Notes under the pieces: model-generated | The model's input: the letters and a program-made list of their open reading frames with translations, nothing else | Database searches by the model: none | Told to the model about the DNA's origin: nothing | Position numbers and translations under genes: made by a program | Shown here: one piece after another, positions 43,652 through 52,178 of the stretch | Numbering within the stretch: position 1 is the first letter of the stretch | Layout: each line of letters starts with the position of its first letter | Source: an uncultured Chloroflexia bacterium | GTDB lineage: Bacteria; Chloroflexota; Limnocylindria; Limnocylindrales; CSP1-4 | Direction: 5' to 3' | Length of the DNA stretch: 64,000 nucleotides | Assembly: GCA_963721765.1 (NCBI GenBank) | Contig: CAVRJP010000001.1 | Span: 1,306,984 to 1,370,983, forward strand

Positions 43652-43812
43652 TCACGCTCGCGACGGCGCTGGAACAGGCTTGCGACAGGCTTCGACCTTA
43701 GTTGTCGCGGGTGGAGCTGCTTGCGCCGGGCGCAGGCCCGGCATAGGCTCGGACGTGAGGACGCGCAGGCTCGAACAGGCTTGACGCAGGCACGACCGCC
43801 CACGGAGGCCCC

Positions 43813-44271
43813 ATGGCGACGACGATCGATCCGCCCGTGCCAGACGCTCCGGGCGCGGGGCCCGTCAAGCACCCGAAGCGGCGGCTGCGCAAGCTGGAGA
43901 AGCGGCTGTCGATCGTGCAGCGTGTCGAGGTGAAGCGCGCCCGGCAGCTCGACAAGGCGACGCTCCGGAGCGCCGCGCTCGAGGCTGACATCGCCGAGCT
44001 TCGTGCCGGCGTGCCGCCGAAGGCTGCCAAGCGGAGATCGCCGGGCGTCGCGAAGGCGAACACGATCAGGGGACGGGTCTCGAGGTCACCCGCAACGGGG
44101 CGAGGAGCAAAGGCGTCGGGCCAGACGCCGACGGTCCTTCGCGCGTTCTGCCTGCGTGAGCGCAGGACCGTGGAGATGCACGACCCGAAGCCGATGGTGA
44201 TGAAGAACGGCCGTTCGGCGACCGTCGGCACGTGCCCCAGTTGCGGGGCCCGCCTGATCCGTCCCGGCTAG
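43813..44271 (+). CDS. Hypothetical protein with C-terminal DUF5679-like zinc-ribbon
   Basis: ORF 43813..44271. Basic/coiled N-terminal part. C-terminus 'FCLRERRTVEMHDPKPMVMKNGRSATVGTCPSCGARLIRPG' matches my memory of DUF5679 (C-x..KNGR..G-x-C-x2-CG). Confidence 0.6.
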   Translation: MATTIDPPVPDAPGAGPVKHPKRRLRKLEKRLSIVQRVEVKRARQLDKATLRSAALEADIAELRAGVPPKAAKRRSPGVAKANTIRGRVSRSPATGRGAKASGQTPTVLRAFCLRERRTVEMHDPKPMVMKNGRSATVGTCPSCGARLIRPG

Positions 44272-44335
44272 CCTCGCTGGGCCGCCGGCACGGCGATCGC
44301 CACGCCATCCGGATCGGCTGTCGCACCATTGGCAG

Positions 44336-44887
44336 GTGCAGCCACGTCTGCGGCAATTGCCCACGTCGTCACTCTCCTCCGCCGAGCTCGTCGCGATTCG
44401 GGCGCTCATGGATCGGGCGTTCGGCACCGGCGACGAGGGGTTCGAGGAGGACGACTGGCAGCACGCGCTCGGCGGGCAGCACTTCGTGCTCGACCTCGAC
44501 GGCGAGATCGTGAGCCATGCGTCGGTCGTCGAGCGGGTGCTCGAGATCGGCGGTCGGGCGTTCAGGACCGGCTACGTCGAGGCCGTCGCGACCAGCCCGG
44601 ATCGCCAGGGTGGGGGACTGGGCTCGATCGTGATGGAGGCCGTCGGCTCGCTCATCCGCGCTTCCTACGAGCTGGGCGCGCTCGGGACGGGCCGCCACGC
44701 GTTCTACGAGCGCCTCGGGTGGGAGCGGTGGCGCGGCCCCGCGTTCGTGCGCCGCGCGGATGGCGATGGGCTCGAGAGGACGCCCGACGACGAGGGCGAT
44801 ATCCGCATCCTCCGAACGCCCGCCTCGCATCCGTTCGAGCTGACGGAACCCATCAGCTGCGACTGGCGACCGGGCGACGTCTGGTAG
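44336..44887 (+). CDS. aac(2'): Aminoglycoside 2'-N-acetyltransferase-like GNAT (AAC(2')-I family)
   Basis: ORF 44336..44887 (GTG). 'DWQHALGGQHFVL', 'FRTGYVEAVATSPDRQGGGLGSIVMEAV', 'YELGALGTG..AFYERLGWERWRGP', 'RTPDDEGDI' and C-terminal 'CDWRPGDVW'. These are collinear with mycobacterial AAC(2')-Ic as I remember it. Confidence 0.85.
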   Translation: MQPRLRQLPTSSLSSAELVAIRALMDRAFGTGDEGFEEDDWQHALGGQHFVLDLDGEIVSHASVVERVLEIGGRAFRTGYVEAVATSPDRQGGGLGSIVMEAVGSLIRASYELGALGTGRHAFYERLGWERWRGPAFVRRADGDGLERTPDDEGDIRILRTPASHPFELTEPISCDWRPGDVW

Positions 44888-44966
44888 CCGAGCTGTGCGT
44901 TCCGGACGGAGCGGTGAAGGGCCCACGACCGGTCTACGCTGGCAGCCCTGAAGGAGATCCTCGCCC

Positions 44967-45602
44967 ATGCTTCGAGCACGCCTCTCGCCTGGGCCGTTGC
45001 TCGGGCTGGTTCTGACGATGGCCATGACCGCGTGCGGCGGGTCTGGCGCCGCGACCGAGCCGCTCGAACCGATCGAGACCGACGACTTCCCGATCGTCAC
45101 CCCCGCCCCGACGGTCGCCGATGCAGCGACTGCGCCGCCCGACGGGAACGCGGGATCCACCGACGACGGCAGCGGCTGGCCGGCCACGGTCAACGTGACG
45201 ATCTCCGGCCAGGACTTCTACGCGAGCGGCGGCAGCTACAGCGCGACTGGACTCGCTCGAATCTGCGGGAACAACTACGCCAGCATGGATCCGACGCTCC
45301 CCCTTTTCGGCTTCTCCTTCCCGCGCGATGGCGACCTCAATCCGCGCGATGTCGGCTTCGGGGCCGACGACCTGCGCCCCGGAACGACAACCTCCGTCTT
45401 CCACGTCGGCGTCCTCGTCGTGAACGCCGAGGGCCACGAGCCTCCGACGGTGGAGGCCGCCCCTGGGGAAGACAACTCGAACGACACGGGCACGGCCTCG
45501 CTGACCGAGGCCGACGGCAAGCGGAGCCTGGTGGTCGACGCCACGAACGACTTCGGGACGACCATCAAGATGACGGTGGTCTGCGGGCCGGCCCCGGGCT
45601 AA
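44967..45602 (+). CDS. Putative lipoprotein, function unknown
   Basis: ORF 44967..45602. 'MLRARLSPGPLLGLVLTMAMTACGGSG' is a signal peptide plus Cys. No family recognised. Confidence 0.6.
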   Translation: MLRARLSPGPLLGLVLTMAMTACGGSGAATEPLEPIETDDFPIVTPAPTVADAATAPPDGNAGSTDDGSGWPATVNVTISGQDFYASGGSYSATGLARICGNNYASMDPTLPLFGFSFPRDGDLNPRDVGFGADDLRPGTTTSVFHVGVLVVNAEGHEPPTVEAAPGEDNSNDTGTASLTEADGKRSLVVDATNDFGTTIKMTVVCGPAPG

Positions 45603-45606
45603 GGGT

Positions 45607-45912
45607 TCAGGCCAGCGTCGACAGGTCCGTCGGCGGCAGGCGCTGGTGCAGCACGAAACCGGCCCACACCTCGCCGTGTTGCGCGCGCCGAAGCGCGAGG
45701 TGCGCGGTCGCGACGAGCGCGGCGTCGAGCGGGATCGTCGCCTCCGCCTCGGTCACGAGCGGCTCCAGTCGTTCGGCGAGCTCGGCCAGCGCCTCGCGGG
45801 CGGCCTGCACGTCGTCGTCGCCGAGCTCCCGGAACGTCGACGCCAGCGCATCCCACCGGGCTGCCTCATCCGCACCCGTGTCGATGGCCTGCCGAAGCTT
45901 CGACGCGTCCAT
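45607..45912 (-). CDS. Hypothetical 101-aa acidic protein, last gene of the giant-protein locus
   Basis: ORF 45607..45912. ATG lies 5 nt after the giant gene's TAG. 'MDASKLRQAIDTGADEAARWDALASTFRELGDDDVQAAREALAELAERLEPLVTEAEA' looks helical. No family recognised. Confidence 0.55.
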   Translation of the reverse strand: MDASKLRQAIDTGADEAARWDALASTFRELGDDDVQAAREALAELAERLEPLVTEAEATIPLDAALVATAHLALRRAQHGEVWAGFVLHQRLPPTDLSTLA

Positions 45913-45917
45913 CCGGG

Positions 45918-48900
45918 CTAGTGTGAGGCCAGGAACCCGTCGATCTCGGCGACGACGAGCCTGACGCTGGCGGCGATGTCGGGCGTGCCGGAGAAGCTCT
46001 GGATCGAGAGCACGTCCGTCCGAAGCGCCGGGTCGTTCAGGTTGTTGCGCGCCTTCCGGATGAGACCCAGGGCCGCCGCGGCCGAGCCGCCGGGCTCGCT
46101 CGCGAAGGCGTCGACGATGCCCTGGAGATAGGCCTTGAAGCTCGGCACCGCGAAGTTGAACGAGCCGTAGCGGCGCATGAGCGAGGCCGCGAAGTACTGG
46201 TCCGGTGTCGCCTCGACCTTGAACTGGGGGTCGAAGTCGACCGCCTTGGCCTTCATGCCACCACCCTCGGGGTACGCCTTCATGTTGTTCCAGTGCAGGT
46301 CCTTGTTGTAGTAGGCACGAGCATCAGCACCTGCCCCGCGAACCGTCCGGAGGAAGAGGAGCGCATCGAACCCGCCGACCGCGCTCGAAGCGGCGTCCGC
46401 CTTGCCGAAGGCCTGGAGCAGCCCGTCACCGGGCACCCACTCCTCGACCGAGATCGCCTCGTTGCCATCGACGTTCTCCAACGCCGACCGGAGGAATGGC
46501 TTCTGGGTCAGGCCCTTCGCGCCCAGCTCCTGGAGGAGCGCGAACTCCGCCTCGGTGATGATGCCCTTCTTGAACGCGATCTCGACCGGCGCGGCACGCC
46601 CCGCGAACGTCACTCGCAGCCGGAACGCCGACTTGAAGACGCCCTCCGCGACGAAGTCCGCGGTCATCGCCGTGACCTTCGTGCCGGCCGGGATCCCGTA
46701 CAGCGCCTGCGCGGCGGCGATGCCCTCGCGCAGCGCGTCGATGATGGCGGTGCGCGCGAGGCTCGCGACGTAGAACGTGGTCACGTCGGGCCGGGTCAGC
46801 TTCTGGAGCCGAGCCAGGAACGCCGCCTCCTCGCTGGTGAGGGCGCGAGCGCCGGACGGCGCGCTCAGGGCCTCCCGGGCACGATTCGACCGCAGGAAAG
46901 CTTGGGTGAGCGACGTGCCGGCCCGGATGTCCGCCTCGCTCGCACCACGTCGCGGGCTCCCCTCCATGTCCCCGAAGCGCGCGTCGTCGGCGGCAGCGAG
47001 CACGAGCTCGGCATCGCTCCCGGCGAGGCCCTCCGGTGTCACCTCGACGCGCAGGCTCTTGGGCCGGCCCGGCACCAGGTCGAGGGCCATCGCGCCACCG
47101 ATCCGAACCCAGGGATCCAGCGCCGCCGTTTGATTGCCCGCCCGGCCGTTGATCTCGTCGATCTTCGCGCGCCGCCGGGCGAGGAGCGACGCGACGCCAC
47201 TCGCTTCGCCATAGGCCCTGGCAAGCTCGTCGAACGCGGCCCGGACGGCGACGTCCATCCTGCTGTAGTCGAGCCGCTCGGCGAGGGCGCGGATGATCGG
47301 TTGCTTGGCGTGAGGAAGGGCGTCGAGGACCGCCCGCAGCGACGTCTCCGCCGGGACCGGTACCGGCGCCGGCTCTTCGGCGACCGCCCCGCCACGGCGC
47401 CCTAACGCGTCGGCCTGCTCGTCGATGCCCGCGCCCTGGGCCTTGCCGCGGCTCCTGGTGAACTTGAGGTTGATCCGCGCCGGGGGCGAGAATTGCAGCT
47501 CCTTCGGGGTCCATCCGCGGACGGCTGCGTAGCCACCCCGGCCCGCCACGACGGTCATCATCGCGCTCGCCGCGACGCCACAGACGCCCGCGGTCTTGCC
47601 GGCGAGATCCATGCTGTCCCACATCTGGGCCAGGCTGGACGACGCGAGCCCGGTGAAGGCGACACCCGACACGAAGAAGGCGACGCCGCCGAGCGCGGCC
47701 GCCGTGGGGCCGGCGATCGCCGCGCTGACGCCGAGACCCAGCATGAGGATCCCTTCGCCCGAGAAGAGGCCCTTCACGAGGCCTGCGCCGCATTCGGTCA
47801 GGCCCGCGAGGATCTGGGCCGCCTCGCGGACGGTCATCTGCCGGCCACGGGCCTCGACGACGCCCGCCGCATGCTGACGCACGAGCACGAACCGATCGAG
47901 CGGGGTCAGGTCCTCGTTCCAGCGGACGATCGACGTGCCGATCGGGTAGCGCGCCTCGGCCGCCTCGACGTCCTTGATGATCTTGCCAATGAGCTCGAGA
48001 TGGGCGTACAGCAGGTCGAGATCGCGCCCGGACGCCTCGAGGAGCGCCGCGAATGTGCCACTGCGAATGCCCACGACAAGCTGGCGATAGGCCATGACCT
48101 TGGCTTCGGCGTTCGCCTGACGCTCCACGCACGGGATCCCGGCCGTGTAGGCGATGAGCTTCGTCAGCTCGAACAGCTTCGGAAACGGGTTGGCGGTCCC
48201 GAAGCTGCGCGCGCAGTCGAGGACGGCGCTCACCGCGGCGCGCTCTACCGGACCGGACATCAGAGCGACCTTCGTCATGGCGCCCGTGGCGCCGGTCATC
48301 TCGCGAGCGCTGGCGGTGAGGATCCGGGCGAGGTGGTCGAGCTGGAAGTCGGTCGCCTGGTTTGCCACGTCGGCGTTCGCGGCCGCCTTCGCCGCCAGGA
48401 GCTCCGCACGGGCGAAGACGAACTCACCGTACGTCCGCGGCTCGGCCTTGGCTGCAGCGACGAGGAAGCCGAGCGTCGGATTCGCGGCGAGGGAGCTGTT
48501 GATGACCGTGCCGACGAAGCCAGCCTGGAACTGACCGCCGGACCACAGCGCGCGATCGAACGACGGCCAGTGCTCCGTCGAGTTGAGCACGAAGTCCTGG
48601 AGGCAGACGGCCGTCAGGCGGAGCGCATCCGGGTTGGCGGCGCTGCGCTCGACGAGGCCCACGACGGACGCGACTTCGACGCCCTCGTAGTTGCAGTGGA
48701 GGAGCGCCCGCGTCGCGAGGAGCTGCCGCTGGTACCCGAGCTTCTTGCCCGCCGTCGAGAGGAACATCAGGCTCGACAGCGCTTCGTCGGCGATCGAGCT
48801 CTTCAGGCTGAGCTCCAGGAAGTTCGCCTCGAACTCGAGCCACTCACGCTCCCAGGCGAGGCCGCCGGGCAGTGCAGTCGGCGCGGTGCGGACGGCCTCG

Positions 48901-51900
48901 CGGCCCGAGTCGATGACCGTGATCCGCGGCGTGAACGGCTCGCCGTCGCCCATGATCGTGCCGCTCACGCTCACGACCGCAGCGGTGGCGCCGGCGAGCT
49001 CCGACGCACACGCGGGCCCGTCACCGGCGAGCTCGTCGATGCTGACGATCCGGCGGACGCTGGCGTCCCGCGACCCGAACGACAGCTCGTAGTTCGTCGA
49101 TTCCTCGGTGCGCTCGAGGGCGAGGCTCTGGCCGAACGACTCGATGGTCTGGGCCGCAAGGACGAGCTTTGCGTCCTCCCAGGATTCGCACCCCGTGAGA
49201 ACAGTCGGCGCCACCTCCAGGGCGTCCATGCACGAGCTCAGCTCGAACGAGGCGACCTCGGCGGCGCTGAATGTCGAGGTCGAATGGGGCGGGAGCAGGA
49301 CGGACTGGTCCGCGCCGCACGGCACCTCGTTCGTGAGGGCGAGGTTGTTCGTGACCACCCAGCGCTCGTTGGTGCCGGTGAAGTGGACGGCCTCGGCGCT
49401 GATGTCCCGGGCGCTCCCGCCGGGCTCGGGACTGGTCACCCGCAGGCGCGTGTTGTCAACGAACAGGATGAGGTTGATCTCGCGCGTCTCCGGCGTGCCG
49501 TCGTCGGCCTCCGTCTCGAGCTGGATGGAGCCGCCGATCGCCCGGGCCTGGAGGTTGCCGTCGACGGCAGTCTCGTTCTGCGCCCGGAGGTCGACCACGA
49601 CGCGGTAGAAGCGGTCGCTCCCGTCCGTGGCCTGCCCCTCGCTGGTGACGTACGCCGCCAGCTCGCCGCGCACCGTCGAGGCCGAGCCCTTCGGGCCGAG
49701 GAGAATGTCGAATGCGGTAGCGGGAATGAGCTGCGACACCTGAGCGCTGGCGCGGTAGGCGCTCGACATGGGCGCGGACTTCGTGGTGTGGAGCGTGTAT
49801 CCGTAGCGGTTCACCGTGTTGCCGCTGTCGGATCGGAACAGGAAGCGCAGGTCGCCGACGGACTCGATCGTGTTGAACGGCGCAGCGCGGTTCGTGCCGT
49901 ACGACGGCGTCGCGATGCCGCCGGGGAAGATCGGGTAGCGCGGGAAGTACGCCGTCGTCAGGCCGTCGGGCGAGTTGTATTCGTCGACCGGCGCCGGTGG
50001 CGGCGTTCCCATGACGAGCTGGGGCGTCCAGCCGCCGGCTGCCGGCGAGAACGCCACGACGCCCTCGTCGCGCTGGGTGATGACCCGAGGCTGGTCGGCC
50101 TCGAGGATCAGGAGCGCCCACTCGGGCTGCCAGCCGATGATCCGGCCGTCCCGGCTCCGCCCGGCCTTGATCGGGTGCGTGTCGACCAGGATCGGGTAGG
50201 GGACGCCGAGCAGCCGGCTGATCGCGCCCGGATCCGCGCCACCCTTGACCACGTTCTCCTGGCCCAGCCGGGCCACGACCGGGAGGCCCTCGGAGCCCTG
50301 GGCTGCGCCAACCGACGCGGCGACGTCCGCCGGTAGGTCCGTCGGGTTCTCGCGGAACGGGATCTCGGCAGCCGTAAGCCAGTCGCGTGCGGCATCGCAG
50401 GCCGGGCAGTCGGGCTCGGTGAACAGCGCCACCGATTCGAACGCGACCTTCTCCCGCGGGAAGTGCTCGTAGTACACGTTGACGCGGTCGGGATCGTCGT
50501 CGCCCGGCGGGTAGGCGCCAACCCGGAACGCGACGTGGACGTTCCCGCCGCTGTCGACCGCCGACGAGAGGAAGTTGGACGACGGGTTGCCCGGGCCGTA
50601 GATGCCCCCGTACACGTCCGGCGAGACGCTTCCGAGGAGGGTCGCGCCGTCGGCGCCGAGGACGTAGACGTGGCCGCGGATGTGGTCGAGCACGTAGATC
50701 GTGCCGTCCGGGCCGACGTGCAGCTGCTCGAGGCGGTTCGACCCCTTCGGTCCGTCCCCGCCGAGGGTGTAGGTGCGCTCGATGACCGGCGGCCCGCCGG
50801 CGCGCGCGACCCAGACGGTGCCCTCGGTCGCGCAGCAGTCCGGGACGATCTCGAGGAAGTAGTCCGCCCCGTCATGGGACGCCTGGTAGAGGACCCGATT
50901 GCTGATGTTCGCCAGCTGGGGCTCGGCGCCCGTGCCCGTGTCGTAGGCGACCGTCGTGAGCTCGCGAACCAGGTTGTAGGTCGCGAGGTCCTGCGGGGTC
51001 ACGCCGAACCGGTCCGAGGCCTGGGGCGTGGCGACCCGCCGGTACGTCCCATCGCTCCCGACGTCCGCCACGAGCGAGGTCGTGAACGGTGCCTTCACCG
51101 AGCCGATGTACCGGCCCGGATGATCGATCCGGAAGCACTCGTCTGTTGCGTCGTCCTCGCGACAGTAGCTCGCCGTGAGGTTGTCCCAGATGAGCATCAG
51201 CTCCTGGGGCTGGTGCGAGACGGACTTCGTGACATGGACGGCCACCCCGCCTGTGGGCCGCGGCACCATCGAGGAGATGAGGTACTGCTCCTTGCGCTCC
51301 TCGTGGTAGTAGGCGCGGATCCAGTGCTGCTTGACGGTGCCCGGCTTGCCCGCCGCCCAGTCCCGGTCGATGAACCGCTCGCTCGTCCACGTCCGCGCCG
51401 AGTAGTCGCCCGTCCAGGTCTTGACGAGGCTCCACGTGCGTCCGTCATCAGTCGACTTCGCGACGCCGACCATCGTGATCGAGTCCCTGTCCGACTTGAG
51501 CCACTCGCCGTAGCCCGCCATCTCGGTCGGCTCCTCGAACTCGACCTCGACGGTCTTCGAGTTCGTGAACGCCACGTAGTCGACGCCGTCCTTGTCGCGG
51601 ACGTAGCCCGTGATGTCGAAGCCCCCGTCGTGGAAGCCATTGGCGACCGTGATCAGCGTCTCGGGCCGGATCCACTCGAACGAACCGGCGGAGCCACCCA
51701 GCGGCTCGAGGCCCGCCGTGAGCTTGCCCGGCGTGTCCGCGTCGATCGTCACGGTCTTGCTGAACGGCGCGTAGCCGTCCTTCGTGACCCGGACGAGGTA
51801 GGTGCCGGCGGGAAGGACGGCGTCGAGCGGCGTCACGCCCGCGGGAAGGCCGTTGAGCGTGACGGTCGCCCCGTCCTGGTTGGACCCGACGATGAGCTCG

Positions 51901-52178
51901 CTCGTCGCTGAGGCACCGCGGAGGGTGTCCAGGCCGACCTGGAGCGCGTCGGCGAAGTCCGCGTAGGTCGCCGCATCGGCACAGGAGCTGAGGATCCCGC
52001 CGGCGGCGCCGGCGCTGACGGTGCAGCCATCGGCGGCCCGGACCGGCGCGGGTGGGGCGGCAACGTCGATGAATGCCGCGGACTGGAACGCGATGACCAG
52101 CTGGAACGCGAGCACGGCCAGGCGACGGCGCAGCACGCCACGACCGCCGCTGTCCCGAGCATCCCCGCGGCGAATCAC
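45918..52178 (-). CDS. Giant (2086-aa) multi-domain membrane protein: signal/anchor, PEGA-like, Asp-box and propeller-like motifs, glutaredoxin-like CPAC module, long unknown region, 3 TM helices, C-terminal protein-kinase-like region
   Basis: Single uninterrupted ORF 45918..52178 (GTG). Balanced composition with K, N, Y, F, I, W throughout. The overlapping alternative-frame ORFs (47493..50336, 50463..51911) are Arg/Gly/Pro/Asp junk. Motif details are in the findings. Confidence 0.85.
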   Translation of the reverse strand: MIRRGDARDSGGRGVLRRRLAVLAFQLVIAFQSAAFIDVAAPPAPVRAADGCTVSAGAAGGILSSCADAATYADFADALQVGLDTLRGASATSELIVGSNQDGATVTLNGLPAGVTPLDAVLPAGTYLVRVTKDGYAPFSKTVTIDADTPGKLTAGLEPLGGSAGSFEWIRPETLITVANGFHDGGFDITGYVRDKDGVDYVAFTNSKTVEVEFEEPTEMAGYGEWLKSDRDSITMVGVAKSTDDGRTWSLVKTWTGDYSARTWTSERFIDRDWAAGKPGTVKQHWIRAYYHEERKEQYLISSMVPRPTGGVAVHVTKSVSHQPQELMLIWDNLTASYCREDDATDECFRIDHPGRYIGSVKAPFTTSLVADVGSDGTYRRVATPQASDRFGVTPQDLATYNLVRELTTVAYDTGTGAEPQLANISNRVLYQASHDGADYFLEIVPDCCATEGTVWVARAGGPPVIERTYTLGGDGPKGSNRLEQLHVGPDGTIYVLDHIRGHVYVLGADGATLLGSVSPDVYGGIYGPGNPSSNFLSSAVDSGGNVHVAFRVGAYPPGDDDPDRVNVYYEHFPREKVAFESVALFTEPDCPACDAARDWLTAAEIPFRENPTDLPADVAASVGAAQGSEGLPVVARLGQENVVKGGADPGAISRLLGVPYPILVDTHPIKAGRSRDGRIIGWQPEWALLILEADQPRVITQRDEGVVAFSPAAGGWTPQLVMGTPPPAPVDEYNSPDGLTTAYFPRYPIFPGGIATPSYGTNRAAPFNTIESVGDLRFLFRSDSGNTVNRYGYTLHTTKSAPMSSAYRASAQVSQLIPATAFDILLGPKGSASTVRGELAAYVTSEGQATDGSDRFYRVVVDLRAQNETAVDGNLQARAIGGSIQLETEADDGTPETREINLILFVDNTRLRVTSPEPGGSARDISAEAVHFTGTNERWVVTNNLALTNEVPCGADQSVLLPPHSTSTFSAAEVASFELSSCMDALEVAPTVLTGCESWEDAKLVLAAQTIESFGQSLALERTEESTNYELSFGSRDASVRRIVSIDELAGDGPACASELAGATAAVVSVSGTIMGDGEPFTPRITVIDSGREAVRTAPTALPGGLAWEREWLEFEANFLELSLKSSIADEALSSLMFLSTAGKKLGYQRQLLATRALLHCNYEGVEVASVVGLVERSAANPDALRLTAVCLQDFVLNSTEHWPSFDRALWSGGQFQAGFVGTVINSSLAANPTLGFLVAAAKAEPRTYGEFVFARAELLAAKAAANADVANQATDFQLDHLARILTASAREMTGATGAMTKVALMSGPVERAAVSAVLDCARSFGTANPFPKLFELTKLIAYTAGIPCVERQANAEAKVMAYRQLVVGIRSGTFAALLEASGRDLDLLYAHLELIGKIIKDVEAAEARYPIGTSIVRWNEDLTPLDRFVLVRQHAAGVVEARGRQMTVREAAQILAGLTECGAGLVKGLFSGEGILMLGLGVSAAIAGPTAAALGGVAFFVSGVAFTGLASSSLAQMWDSMDLAGKTAGVCGVAASAMMTVVAGRGGYAAVRGWTPKELQFSPPARINLKFTRSRGKAQGAGIDEQADALGRRGGAVAEEPAPVPVPAETSLRAVLDALPHAKQPIIRALAERLDYSRMDVAVRAAFDELARAYGEASGVASLLARRRAKIDEINGRAGNQTAALDPWVRIGGAMALDLVPGRPKSLRVEVTPEGLAGSDAELVLAAADDARFGDMEGSPRRGASEADIRAGTSLTQAFLRSNRAREALSAPSGARALTSEEAAFLARLQKLTRPDVTTFYVASLARTAIIDALREGIAAAQALYGIPAGTKVTAMTADFVAEGVFKSAFRLRVTFAGRAAPVEIAFKKGIITEAEFALLQELGAKGLTQKPFLRSALENVDGNEAISVEEWVPGDGLLQAFGKADAASSAVGGFDALLFLRTVRGAGADARAYYNKDLHWNNMKAYPEGGGMKAKAVDFDPQFKVEATPDQYFAASLMRRYGSFNFAVPSFKAYLQGIVDAFASEPGGSAAAALGLIRKARNNLNDPALRTDVLSIQSFSGTPDIAASVRLVVAEIDGFLASH

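Noticed and set aside
47493-51911. Plus-strand ORFs 47493..50336 (947 aa) and 50463..51911 (482 aa) opposite the giant gene
   Set aside because: Extreme Arg/Gly/Asp/Ala/Pro composition and no motifs. The minus-strand 2086-aa frame has balanced composition and several recognisable motifs.
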